Source of the DNA: Wallemia ichthyophaga EXF-994
Lineage: Eukaryota; Fungi; Basidiomycota
Direction of reading: 5' to 3'
Assembly: GCF_000400465.1 (NCBI RefSeq)
Contig: NW_008806277.1
Coordinates: 206,001 to 268,000 of the forward strand
DNA length: 62,000 nucleotides
The position numbers and the translations under genes were made by a program. Below the pieces are notes generated by a model. That model did not search any database. It was not told the origin of the DNA and was given only the letters and a program-made list of their open reading frames with translations. Below, piece after piece: positions 47,273 to 60,008 of the stretch. How positions within the stretch are numbered: the stretch's first letter is position 1; the number at the start of each line of letters is the position of its first letter.

Positions 47273-48497
47273 ATGTATAAACTGAAAAACACGCTAGCGG
47301 GGCATAAGAGGAGTGTAAATAGGGCAAGATTTAGTAACAGTGGCAAATATCTCGCGTCAGCGGGTGTGTAAAAGGTTTAAGTATCACCTACCAACCTAAT
47401 GCTCAACAAGGCGCAGATAAAACTGTGAAAGTTTGGAATATAGAGAAAGGGTTTTTACTAGAGAATTTTGAAGAACACGAGGATGGGGTGAATGACGTTT
47501 GCTGGTCATCGAATGATAGATATATCGCTAGTGGATCTGATGATAGATCAATAATACTGTGGTCGATAGAAGGCGTAAGAAACAAGGATCACGCCGTAAA
47601 AGTACTCAAAGGACACACAAATTATGTCTTGTGCGTTTGTTACAATCCACAGTGCAATCTATTAGCAAGTGGATCTTTTGACGAGACAGTGAGAATTTGG
47701 GATGTGCTGAGAGGTATGCTAACTGTTATTAACGTGTTAATTTAAATTATAAGCAGGAAAATGTTTGAGAACTATATCAGCACATTCAGATCCAGTAACA
47801 TCGATAGACTTTAGCAATGATAGCTCGTATATAGCTAGCTGCTCGATGGATGGACTGATGTAGGGGTTTGCTAGTGTCTCGTGGCATAGCTCGTGACGTG
47901 GGTAGCTAACACATTCTGTCAGACGTATATGGGATATTTGGTCAGGACAATGCTTGAAGACATTAGTCGATGAGTCAAACAAACAAGCGACATTTTTAAA
48001 ATTCTCACCCAACTCTCAATACCTCTTAAGCGCATCATTAGATCATATGGTGAAACTATGGGCATATGCTAGTAAAGAACGACCTATTCGAACATACACA
48101 GGACACGATAATAGCATTTACGCACAGTCGATTGATTTCGGCTACTTTAAGGAGAAGAGGTGTGTCATTGCTGGTTCTGAGGATGGCAAGGTGTTTGTTT
48201 GGGATTTGCAGACAAAGGAGGTTTTGCACAGTTTTACTGCACATAAAGGTGGGTGTGATATAATATAGTGATCAAGGCATTATTGACAAAGTAGACGCCG
48301 TTATTAACGTTGATTCACATTCACGATTACCACTGATATGCAGCTGCTCATTGGAAAAAGAGTGAGTGGGTATTCAACGTTAATCAAAACTAACTTGAAC
48401 CAGTCTGACAATAAAGATTTGGGAGTATGTACCAGGTGATACTGAAATGATTGAAGATAGTAATGTACCATCGAATGAAGTTATGAATGATGATTGA
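47273..48497 (+). CDS. SWD3: WD40 protein, WDR5/Swd3 (COMPASS) type
   Basis: Seven WD repeats including LKGHTNYVLCVCYNPQCNLLASGSFDETVRIWDV and IAGSEDGKVFVWDLQTKE. Confidence 0.8.
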
Positions 48498-48547
48498 AAT
48501 GGTATCACATTGAGAATACAATTGAGTCAAATGAAATGCAAGTTGAG

Positions 48548-49807
48548 CTAATCATTTCTAGGACAATCCAAAGCGAAGAGTGGGAAGGGATAGATATCTT
48601 GATCGAGTAGACCGGCATACTCACCACTAATATTGACATCGCCAGATTTATCATTGACTTTGTTAGCTAGTGATGGAGATAGATGAGCAAAATGTTGGAT
48701 GAGGGGAGGTAAAAGCTTGTTGGAAGACTTTTCGTCTAAATCTATGACAACATATAAGTAGTCTGTTGGTAAACCATATCTCAGGACAGATTCGATGTAT
48801 AATCTGAGGAATTTAATATGAGCCAGAGCTTGGAATGTTTCAGAGAAGACGACTTTTAGTAGTTGAGTGAACTTTTTGTATTGGAATTTTTCTTTATCGC
48901 GGGCGTCTTGAAGTTGTTTTGATGACTCTTGTCCTAATGAGGGGTCGAATTGAAATTCACGAACAATGAACCTGTTTTCGCGACAAGCTTGAGAGAAGTC
49001 TTGCTTATACTTGCGGAAAACAGAAACATTAACAAGGGCAAATTCACTGTCTGTCGTAATAACGCTGTGGGGGAGGGTGTAAGAAGGTGAGAGTGAATTG
49101 AAGATGGTAGAACCTACTTGGATGATCTGGGTACAACCATCTTGCCCATTCTTTCATAAGAATTAAACCAATCTTTGAGGTTATTTCTGTTATTGACGTT
49201 AGAAAGTGGATAGGCACGGCAACGCAGCAACTTGCAAAGGGACAGCAATGAATAGAGATTGTAGAAATTCAGAATCAACGACATGAGATTGAGAAATGAT
49301 ACCAGCTAAGGATTTAGTTGAGAGATTGCCTAATTGTTTACGTTCAAGTTGGTTGAGAGAGCCTTTCGCGATTTGATAGTCTTGTTGATGATTTTTAAAG
49401 TCTAAATTATGAGAGTTGACGTTGTTTACGATGGCATGAGAAATATCAAATAGATTAGAATTATTGCGTTTGTATTTATAGTTATTCCATTTGAAATCGT
49501 TTAGGTATTCCTTCGGAGGGATTTGATCAATGGATAAAGAACTTGTGACGTTTAAGCTATCGGAAGACTCCAAGTAATTTTGAAGGAAAGAAGAAATGTG
49601 ATGATCGAGTTGATCAAGCTGTTCAGACAAAGAAATGGAAGCAGCTAAAGAGCTATATTTGAATGCAGGTAACTCAATCGTATGGATTGAAGTCGAAGGG
49701 TTTTGAATAGAGTTTGATTTTATAATGGCAGCCTTTAAATTTGAAATTAAATTAAATTTGTTTTCGTTCTTGATTGGAATTGAAATTAAATAAAATAAAT
49801 CCTTCAT
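48548..49807 (-). CDS. VMA5: V-ATPase V1 subunit C
   Basis: LPAFK, YLNDFKWNNYKY, LERKQLGNLSTKSL, VDSEFLQSLFIAVP and FLRLYIESVLRYGLP. Confidence 0.9.
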
Positions 49808-49937
49808 GGTGGTTGTGGATGTGGTGGGTGTGCATGATACAAGGTTCACAAGTACAATCAAGGGGTAATATAAAATGTAATTAATACTGCTATACGCATA
49901 CACACACACCAACTAAACTCACAGGGCTAAACTCACA

Positions 49938-50591
49938 ATGAAAAAGATTAAAAACCGCGAATCAATCCACCCAGGTTCACGTAAGGCTGAGCAAGTTACA
50001 AGGGTAAACCTGCGTTTGAATAAGCTGGATCAGAAGAAAAAGGCTTTGAATACTGATAAGAGTAACAAGATGGCTAGGTATCATTACTTGGCAAATAGAA
50101 TATCACAGCTAGAACCACAGCCTACAAGGATAAGCCTGGAAGATCTTCACAGTCTAGTTATACAATACATTGATAGAGATGATGATATTTATAATCAACT
50201 TAAATCTGATAGGGAGATTAGAGATAGTAAGTTAAAGAGATACTCAGGCAAAACAGCTAGAGAGGGTGAAATTGAATCTAGAAAGGAGAGAGAGTTATCA
50301 GAGTTTAATAGTGGATTCGTAGTACCAGATTTAACTGATAATATCACAATGGATTTGTTCAAACAATTTCCAAGTGCTCGTAAAATATCAAAGAAAACAA
50401 AGGGGAAAACTCATTCAAGTCAAGTGAACCAGGATAATTCTGATAATCAACAGCTAGATGAAGATGAATTATCAAAGCATGGATTAGATTTCAATTACCT
50501 CCCCCAGCTAAAGTTGATAAGAGTTTATTCAAATGATAATTCTAGATCTGATTTATTCCAATCTGGCCAGAATCCTATCTATAATAAATAG
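49938..50591 (+). CDS. TMA16: Translation machinery-associated protein 16
   Basis: KIKNRESIHPGSRKAEQ...ELSEFNSGFVVPDLTD. Confidence 0.8.
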   Translation: MKKIKNRESIHPGSRKAEQVTRVNLRLNKLDQKKKALNTDKSNKMARYHYLANRISQLEPQPTRISLEDLHSLVIQYIDRDDDIYNQLKSDREIRDSKLKRYSGKTAREGEIESRKERELSEFNSGFVVPDLTDNITMDLFKQFPSARKISKKTKGKTHSSQVNQDNSDNQQLDEDELSKHGLDFNYLPQLKLIRVYSNDNSRSDLFQSGQNPIYNK

Positions 50592-50647
50592 CTTATTTTG
50601 TATTTTAATTTTTATCCCTCTTAAACATCTTCAATCATCAAGTCAAT

Positions 50648-53115
50648 ATGCCCATCAGACAGCTTGAATCTTTCATAAATGAAAAGAAATTAAGTAAATC
50701 CACTTCGCTTTCTTCTTTAAGGGATACAAGATTAGGCATTGAAATGCAAACTTATTTGAATAGGCTGTTTGTAGATCCAAATTCAAAGGAACCTTTAGTC
50801 GCTGCTATGGGTGGTCATCCACTCGCTTTAATGGCTCACATCGAATCCGATCTAAGACTCCTCGAAAAATGGCACATCAAACCAATTTTCATCTTTAACG
50901 GTTTACAGCCTTCCAGAAAAATGAGATCTGGTTATACCGACTCTAGATCAACAATACGCTCAAATGGTTGGTCGGCTTATGAACAAGGTAGAATCGATGA
51001 CTCAATAAATAGCTTCGGTCAAAGGCAAAACATATTTCAACCCGATCTATTACGCCTTATTCATAAACTATTCAGACAACGTCACGTTGACTTTATCACT
51101 GCCCCTTACGTTTCTTGGCCTCAATCTGTATACCTCCTTACTCACCCAAATTCTTACATTCACGCTATTTTTGGTGCAACTGAACACCTCCTTTACCCAC
51201 AAACTGATAAATTAATTACCTCCATCGATTTGAAGAGAGGTTTCTTCAATTGGATTTCAAAGAAATCCTTATTAAACGAGTTAAGATTATCCGATGATCA
51301 ATTCTTTGACGTTGGTTTACTAGCTGGCATTGATATTTGCCCCACTTTCCCTCCTGCAAATCAGCAATTCGATTTCAAGCAAATCGTTGAAACTGTCAGG
51401 CAAGCAAAATCCGGTTGGGTCGCTGTACAAAACTTTATTCAATCTCAACAATCAAATGGTCACGAATCTTCCTATTACGTTGATTCCTATCAAAAAGCTG
51501 TCATCATCTTGAACTTTTCCTTCGTCTTATCAGCTGAGGAAGGTCGCGTTTTACCTTTACCTTTGGCAATTCCCCCTCCATCTCCACAACCTGCTCTCTC
51601 TTCTGCTGATATTCCTTCCGATTTAGCTGACGTTTTCTCACCTCGTCTACCTGATGAGGTTTACTTTCATTTGTGTAGAGGTTTGATCGGTCCTTGGCCT
51701 ATTAACACTCTCGCACAAGGTGGCTTCCAAGAAATGCCTCCATTATGCAATGGCGAGACTCAGGAATACAAAAGCTTCGTTAAGGATTACATTACAGAGT
51801 CTAACTTTGGTCCAAGAGCTGTTGCTATTGCTTTGATTGCTTCTGCTTTACATCCATTTTGGCGTAACAGACAGGTTCATGCTCACTATTACTTCCATAA
51901 CCACTCCACACTCGTACCACACAACTCTTCAACAACTACCGATCTTATAAAGAGAATTGAACATTGGAATGTTCCTTCTCGTGTCATTGAGGATGAATTG
52001 AGGAGACAGAATTCTTCAACTATCGATTTTGCCCTTTGTCTTGGTGCTACAAGTGGTGACAAATTTGCTGAAAGAACTATAACAATCAAGCCATCAAATG
52101 GTCCTGTTTTACATAAGAAGGATGAAATTGTTGCAAATACCATATGGCGGTTTTTGGAATTAAGATCGTACGTATGCACGCTGTTCTAATAGCTAACAAC
52201 CTAACCCGAATGATAGCTTCCTCACACCTCAACACACTCACACACCCTTCGGACGTGCGATGCATAATGCACTCACAGTGTCAAGACTTAATGACAAGTT
52301 CCAAGAGCCACTTGTACTTCTTGTCGAGCTTTTGCGTGCTCGTGTTCTCCATGATCGTCACTTTTCAAATATACAATTCTCAGGTGGTCCATCACTTGGT
52401 AGTGAAGATGATAAGAGAAGTATGCTGTTGATATACCGTACACTCTCCATTGTTCCACTTCATTTCAAAGTCAGTTGAGTGTTAAGTGCGAGTACACACC
52501 CATCTAATACCCTCAATCAGGCAGAGCATTGGTCAGGACCATTATCTAGGGAGCTGCTCGTCTTCAACTCTTTCCACAAGTCACTTTCAAGGTCTTTAAG
52601 AACGCTCGTCGAATCTATCACCATCAACGCCTTCCTCAAGAACAACGCAAAGAGAGCACGTGAAGATTATCTTGATATTGCGCTCTCATTACCATTCCAA
52701 AATGATACCAACACTGGATTTGGTATATTTATTAAGGTGAGTTTGGCTTGGATGTTTTAGTGGAGTGTTATTGACTAAGAATCACAGATTTACTTAGATG
52801 CATTGACAACATTCGCAGAAGGCAGCATTACAGAAGAAAACAAAGACAGTGACTTTGTAAATGAAGCCAAACAGTCAGCTATTGAGGTTTTGGGTGACGC
52901 CATACCCAACGTGAAGAACCCAGAGTCAGAACTTATGCGAGGATTTAGATTTTGGGATGCTGTAGGTGCTTAGATGCTTGCACAACTAACCAACTGACAA
53001 AAAACAGGTTCTTGTTTGTGTGCGCACTCTCAAAGCAGACAAAGCGATTGATATAAAACTGGCTGAATCATTCGAAGGAGCCAACAGCTACCTTGACATG
53101 ATGAGACCAAATTGA
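50648..53115 (+). CDS. MKT1: Mkt1 (XPG-like fold RNA regulator)
   Basis: MPIRQLESFI...EPLVAAMGGHPLAL, APYVSWPQSVYL, RLPDEVYFHLCRGLIG, HWSGPLSRELLVFNSF and LPFQNDTNTGFGI. Confidence 0.88.
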
Positions 53116-53180
53116 TCAACCAGTTTTATGCAGTTTATACATATGATTGAAATGAAATGAAATTTATTGTGAAAATGTCT

Positions 53181-53550
53181 CTAATTTTCTTTTGATTTGG
53201 CTTCAAGGAACTTTTCAAGGTCAAATGATGGATTCTCAGGGTCAGTGATTACTGTTGAGCTTTAGTGTGTAAATCACATAACTAGGGCAGATTACTCACA
53301 TCCATTGCTACTCTTTGATGGCTTCTTCTCGATCCAAGCTTTACGTGCCTTCTCAATGACTTGTTGGTGGTGCTTCTCAGCCAAGTGCTCCTCCTCTTGT
53401 GCTTGAATCTTATGCACAGAACGCAGGTGTACTGCACCGTATACAACACCCGTGGCAAGTGCTGTCCAGCGAACAACCTAGTAGCGAATTAATGAGCTAA
53501 ATCAACCAAACTAAAACCACAGCGCCCACGTTTTGTGTAACCGATGCCAT
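53181..53550 (-). CDS. ATP21: Mitochondrial ATP synthase subunit e
   Basis: Spliced MASVTQN|VVRWTALATGVVYGAVH...IEKARKAW...LITDPENPSFDLEKFL; GxxxG-like TM segment. Confidence 0.82.
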
Positions 53551-53666
53551 CGTCGTTGATCGTTTGAGTTTAAGTGAGTCGATTTAAACGTTGACGCCGG
53601 GAAACTTTTTTCAATCTTGATAAATGCATAAAGAGTAATTAAAATGAGTTTAAAAAATAATTTAAA

Positions 53667-54929
53667 TTAAAAGTTAGTACTCTCTCTAAACATGACGGCT
53701 TTGAAACTGTGTGGTGGGGTTAGTTGGCGTGAGCTGGTTTCTAGAATATACAGCGCAAGACTCACAATTCGTAAGATAACCAACATAAAGCATTCGATGG
53801 CATATGGGTGAGCATACGTGGTGCCCACCCTCTAAAGAATCCCTTGGCACCATTGCGCTCATACACAATCGACCATGCCTCCATTATACCAGATGCATTT
53901 CTTACGCGCATATCTTCAACTGGTGCATTACCACGTGTCTGAAGCACTGTCTTGGCTACGTCTAGTGGCGTTGTGAGGAGTGCTGCAACGGCTCCGGCTG
54001 CTGCACCCGACACACCGTGCGATACTGGTGAGTAGTTGTTCTGTGGATTGAGTATCTTTTTTGTGGATTCATAGGTGGAGAACTGCACGGCTGTGAACGG
54101 AACAGTCATCATGCTATGGGTGGGGGATGAATATAGGATTGTCTCAGCACTCCATACTCACAGTGTCGTTGGATATGAGACGTAGAAAGCCGAGAGTCCT
54201 TCTGTCTTGAGAAGTGTTCTAGCACACGAGCGCACTGTTTTAAATTTCGAGTCCTCGACCTGCATTCTCTGCTTAATCACTGTGATGCGGTGTTAAAAAA
54301 ATAGTGTAACTAGACTGACGCACCATCGAATGGGTTCATCAAAGCATCAGCAGCTATCGTCGCCGAAGCACCGGCCAACGCTATAAACAACGCTCGTCAG
54401 CACTGGAAAACGTTCGCGCTGTGTACCTTACCGGTAGGCAGCACCTGGTGACCCTCTCTGTTGCCTCCCGACAGATCCTTCATAGCCTCGTAAACGCCGA
54501 AATAAACAGCGTGTGCTGGACCAGCGCCAATAACAACTGAACTGACACCTCTCCACAACGATCTGAGTCCTTCGGTCGAAGAAACCCTATTGAAAGCCGA
54601 ATTTACAGACGAGTAAGCGAGTGCTTTGGATGAAGTTGGTGATGTCTGTATTACTTGCATACGTGTCTGTTGAATGAATAGCATAAGCAGGATACATCGT
54701 TGGTGGATAGACTAAACGACTAACTTTGATACTGTCGACGGGATACATGAATGCATGCTCCGATATACCTGCCAACGCTCCTGCGAATGCATGTATACCC
54801 CAAGAAGCAGTCTCTGGCAATGCTTCGTAATCAGGCTCTTCAACGACGGGAGCGGCTTCCTGAGGCTGTCAAATTTGTTATTCTGTGATGCTTTTGGTGG
54901 TGCTCTATGCTAACATTGGCAATTGACAT
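53667..54929 (-). CDS. MRS3: Mitochondrial iron carrier (mitoferrin, Mrs3/Mrs4)
   Basis: DYEALP...AGALAGISEHAFMYPVDSIKTRMQ, GAGPAHAVYF, MNPFDVIKQRMQ and TTPLDVAKT. Confidence 0.88.
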
Positions 54930-55342
54930 TTCTTCCCGCTTATTTGCTTGTCTTTGTACGACCTGCGAAGACAAGATGTCGTTGGGCGCGGTTGAGTTGA
55001 TGGATGATCAAAGATCAATTTTAAATTTCGTGGCGGCGTCGTTGTGCACTTTATGTATTGGCAATGTGTCGTTTTACTGTAACGCCCTTCACAGCTTCGT
55101 GCGCGGTGAATGCTGGAATCACTCAGTGAACGCCAACGTCACGATGACGCAGGTGTTGCGTTGATCAGAAATGAATGGCTGGAAATATGCGCAGGTACTG
55201 GGAAAGACTAAGAGTCACTCAAAGCCACAGCTATCGCTCTGTATGCGTCCCAGGCGACACTTGCTCACAAAACGCGGACGGCGTACAGCCAGTCTGTCTT
55301 GTAGGTGTAAATGTGGATAACACCTCTTGAACCCCTTCAATC

Positions 55343-56555
55343 ATGGTCCTCGCTGCAATCGTCCAGTTCTGTGCACGTCACAACGTGAAAGACAACACAT
55401 TGCGCTGCGTGGATGCGATAAAATGTGCTGCCGGTAAAGGTGCCAAAGTGGGTTGTTTGCGTCGAAATACACGTGACGCTCATTCCGCAGGCAATCTTTC
55501 TGCCTGAAGCCAGCGATTTTATTGGCCAAGGTGACGCCTACAACAGGCTGTCTGAGCCATTAGAGAGTGGCTACTTCATGAGTGCAGTCAGAGACGCCGC
55601 GAAAGCGTCAGAGCTTTGGGTGTCTGTGTGTGTCCACGAAGCCGGTGGCTCGGACGGTCGCTGCTTCAACACCCAAGTACTCATCAGCGACAAAGGTTCT
55701 ATCGAATCTTCTTATAGGAAGGTGGGTCTATGTATTGATGTTGGTGTATACTCGCTGATTCCGCCAGATACACCTCTTTGACGTGAAGGATGTTGGGCCT
55801 GGCAATACGCCAGTGCTTGAAAGCGCTTCCACAGAGCCTGGTAGGCGTGTCGAGCAGCCGCGTCACACGCCATTCGGGAGAAGTGTGTATGTTCTTTGCG
55901 GCTGGCAACACTGACAAGTATGCATGCAGCCGGCATGCTCACCTGCTATGATCTGAGGTGGGCGACGTTTTGATAAAGCAACGAGACGATTAAACCAGTG
56001 GCAGATTCCCAGAGGTCAGCTTGATGCTGAGGGAGAAGGGTGCCGACGTCATCACATACCCCAGCAGCTTCGCAGTGAAGACGGTAAGTAGACGTTTTGC
56101 GCTGTTCAGGAACTGGAGCTACGACTTCAAATACTGATCCAAGATAGGGCAGGGCGCACTGGGGTATGTAAAGCACTCTCAACTCTGACACACTCACCGA
56201 TACGTGCAGAAACACTTCTCAGAGCCAGAGCTATCGAGACACAATGCTATGTGATAGCAGCAGCACAGGCGTGAGTTTGATCTTGCACTAAAACACCCTC
56301 TAATGATGCAGTGGCGTGCACACCCACGCCGGTAGAACATCCTATGGTAGATCCATGGTTGTTAATCCCTGGGGTGGGATTGTTACGCAGCTGGGCGCTT
56401 GCAATACAGATCCCAAGCCATACGATGATACCCAACCTCTTCCTGACACACCTACTGAAATCGCTTACTTTGACATCGATCTAGAGGAAATACAGAAAGT
56501 ACGCGCTGCAATGCCACTCCAGCAACAGCGTAGACATGACATTTATGCTGCTTGA
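55343..56555 (+). CDS. NIT2: Nitrilase-family amidase (Nit1/Nit2, deaminated-glutathione amidase-like)
   Basis: Glu-Lys-Cys triad in FLPEASD, YRKIHLFD and TCYDLRF, plus LRARAIETQCYV and YGRSMVVNPWG. Confidence 0.85.
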
Positions 56556-58050
56556 TGGATTCCTCAAGAGAAAGGTGTATACACGCTGCAGCACACAAAT
56601 CTAAGCGTTTGAGAGGAGATGCGGCATAATGTTAATAACGAGTCAGATTAAAACCATATTGATGCCTTTTTCTTGTCGTTATATTGGCTGTAGAAGTACC
56701 AAAACTGATATATTTAAAGCAACAATTACGTCCTTCTACACATCTTATGCTGCTGTCTAGTGTTGTGTTCACGTGCGCCTATAGTGATATCTGGATGTTA
56801 TTTCCATCGCCATACATACTGTCGAAACTGTATAAGTTTGGAAATTGACAATTTTGTTGAAAATTTTTGTATTTAGTGTCTCGATTTTTATAGTCTTACT
56901 TTTGACTTTCAAATAAGCAAGCTCTTTCACGATAAATCGGACAATCTAGTTCTCAACGAAATTACTAACGCGTCTGCGTGGTTGCTCGTTCTGCGCGTTC
57001 TGCGCGTTTCGCTCTCCTCTTTACGACACCATGTACATTTCATGTATACTAGTCCCAGCTCTGAGTTACTCCTAACATAGGCTCAACCTCCCTCAACTGG
57101 ATTGTTTGCCTTCTCGAACAATGTCTTCCCGCTCGTTGAATCAACTGCTCCACTTGCCTTTGTTGTCTTCTCTGTCCTCTTCTATTTCCCTTTATTGTCT
57201 ACTGGCTGAACACAATCCTCAATTGATGTTGTCCCCTGCTTCACCTCGCTGCGCGCGTCCTATATCTCAATGCAACCGCGTCACGCAACGAACACAATCG
57301 AATGGAGATGGCAATCCAATTATCAAGTTGGGAGCCATCCCATATACTTTTTTTCTGCCATGACGTAGCTGAATTTCATAGAAAACGACTGTATTGTGCG
57401 AAGTAAAAAAATCCCAAATGATGTCGGCATAATTATTGGCAAGAATAAACTGAATGACTTCTTTTTTAAGCCATCATTCATTTGCACCTTGTAAGCAAAC
57501 AGTCTTTCGGAGATAATGACAGTTAGGAAATGCACTACAGGGATTTTTCAGGGTGCTTGTATCGTATCTGAGAATGGGTACAATGATATAGTCGCTCAAG
57601 CTCAAGTCTATTGGAGGGAGTAACAAAATTGATAGCCATAGAGCAACGGTAGCATATTTAAAAACAGGGTTTTTGGATTCAGTTGTTCAGCTCTTGCGGG
57701 TGTATTAGGAAATATCAAGGATAGAACCTTCTAATAGAATACACTAAGAGTATGAGTAAAGCTAGGCTCCATACAACGCCAAGCAAAAGCCCAGGACTGT
57801 TCTCAAAGTTAACATTGATCTTAATGTTGTTACTACTTTGAAGGTATGAATTGCGACTTTTACTGAATTTACCGAAAGCAAATCTTAATTCACGAATCGC
57901 ATTATTTTCCCAAAAACTGTGACCATGTCCATGGTTTAAGTCATGACTGCCGAGTTCGGGGACTCAGCTCGAGCGAGTGTGGAGTTAAAATAAATTCAAC
58001 CGTAAGCGGTTGCGTTTGAAAGCATTCATCACGATATATTTCCAGATATT

Positions 58051-58690
58051 ATGATACTTAGTGCCTACGTTTGCTGCCATGTGCTTTTGGGCTCTAGCGG
58101 GACGCTAGCTAGAGGTAACGGGGTATGCGTATATAACTACAGTACTTTAGCTTGTGTGCTGTGCGCTGTTTACATAGCTCGGAGTTAGGGTGGGGTGAGC
58201 TAGGTGAATGTGGAAAGTTCCAAATTAATACGCCAAATAATTCCGCAGGCTGCTATACTCCTCGCAAGCACCCTGATGCCACTGGTTTGAGCTGTTTGTT
58301 GCACAAAGAATTTGCTGGCGATAGCGCTGTTCTTCCTACGAAGGCCGAGTCCACTAAGATGCTCACTGCACTCATCAGACACCTTAGCCAGGTAGGTCAC
58401 TCTGTACTCGATTGGCTGCTTGTACTTGACAACACTATAATGTCAAGGAGTATTCCAGCAAGAAAGTGTCTTGCGGGAAAAAGCAGGAAGTGGTGATCAA
58501 ATATCTTGACTGGGTTCTCTTCATTGTCATTCTCAACGAAGATCACGCTGGTGTTGCTCCCTTCGCTAAGTTTTGTGCCAGCTGTGAGTACTCAAGAGCC
58601 AAGGGTCCGACCATCTTAATTTCTGTGGATGGTTTGGTGTGTATGGGGCGATGGCAGTGTGGTTGGTGCAGTAAGCACGTGTTATCTTGA
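58051..58690 (+). CDS. Hypothetical small secreted Cys-rich protein (exon structure uncertain)
   Basis: Signal-like MILSAYVCCHVLLGSSGTLA. Two Cys-containing frames join through a GTAGGT...CAAG intron (…LIRHLSQ|EYSSKKVSCG…). Confidence 0.45.
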
Positions 58691-58783
58691 TTGCTGCGCT
58701 GTCGTGTACCTATATGTCTGCGCGTGTCCTGCCGGCGTGTGCTTTACGTATTATAATTTTGCTGACAACTCATTTTATGAATA

Positions 58784-58871
58784 GGCAGGATGGCCGAGTG
58801 GTCTAAGGCGCACGGTTAAGGCGACAGCATCCGTGTTCGAAAGAGCGAGGGTTCGAATCCCTCTCCTGTCA
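58784..58871 (+). tRNA. tRNA-Leu(AAG) with a short intron after position 37
   Basis: Acceptor stem GGCAGGA/TCCTGTC+A. D arm GCCGAGTGGTCTAAGGC. Anticodon stem CACGG/CCGTG with loop TT-AAG-G. Long variable arm. T arm GAGGG-TTCGAAT-CCCTC. TTTT terminator follows. Confidence 0.95.
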
Positions 58872-60008
58872 TATCTTTTGCTATCTGTGATAGCATTGCA
58901 GGACTCAGATATCGTCATTATTTTGCCGAATGCACTCTCACTATTACTTTGTGTCAGCTGCACTGTTCCCTTGCACTTTACCTCCACGCGGAGGTCTATT
59001 CAAATGGTATGGGTGCGCGGAAGACTGCCAACTTGAGCAATCTAGGTACCAGTTGAGGTGATTGGTGGTGCAAGTAGTTCGGGGGCGGGTTTGTCGTGTA
59101 TAGCGCAGTGAAGTGCTATGTTTTAGTCAAGCTGGATGTGGCAAGTTTTAAGGAGTGTTATTTGGTATCTAAACATATGAATACCCACTTTAATGGCTTC
59201 TACGATTCCAAAGCAGACTTAATCTCCTCATACCCTCAATATTTGAAATTTCGAAATGCACCAGGTGAAGCCAAAGTCGTGATTTCAAAGTTGGGCTGAC
59301 CCCCTCTTTTATATACGCAAAACTAATCTTCCGAGTGCGAAATGAGGCATAATAGCAATATTTTTCCCTGGGGCCAACATTAAGTCCTATAGACGCCATC
59401 CAAAGTAAGACGTTTTACGCGTTTATAGACCCGAATAATTCATATTTTTGGGTAATTATAGTCTCTATAAATTAAAAGACTTTGTTTTTTTTTCGATAAA
59501 GCGCGTGAAGTTCTCCACATTTATCCTATAGCGTGCTCTAGACAGATTTCGGATCATTGCTTCCGATCAGCGTGCAGGGCGCAATCTGGAGCGCCAGGAA
59601 TATAAATCTGGCAAATCTATATTCAATCTATCCAAAGCTACCAACCAAGCCTTTTTATTTCGAGATCATCAGAACACAATCACCCATCTGAGATGAGATG
59701 GATGGTAGTCGAGAAATGCAACTCGGTGGATATTGAACGGTTGGTTAACATTGGGATGTATTTGGAATGCTGAAGATACCAGAGAAATCGACGGTCTTGC
59801 TAAATTGTTCAAATCGTCAATATATGATATCGCTGCATTCCTCTCATTCTCTTGTTCGTTTTCAGGATGAACTGAGCAAATGATCCAATCGTTCAAGCCG
59901 CCCAGAGTACAAGATTCAAGCTCAATTCACCTTGCTACCACCAGTTTTTGGAACGCAGCGATCGATATCTATGCATACACATAATAATACAACAGAAAAA
60001 GCAACATT

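Noticed and set aside
59000-59990. Short ORFs between the tRNA and the RhoGEF 3' end
   Set aside because: Several frames are mildly protein-like on both strands, but I could build no consistent gene model or family match.
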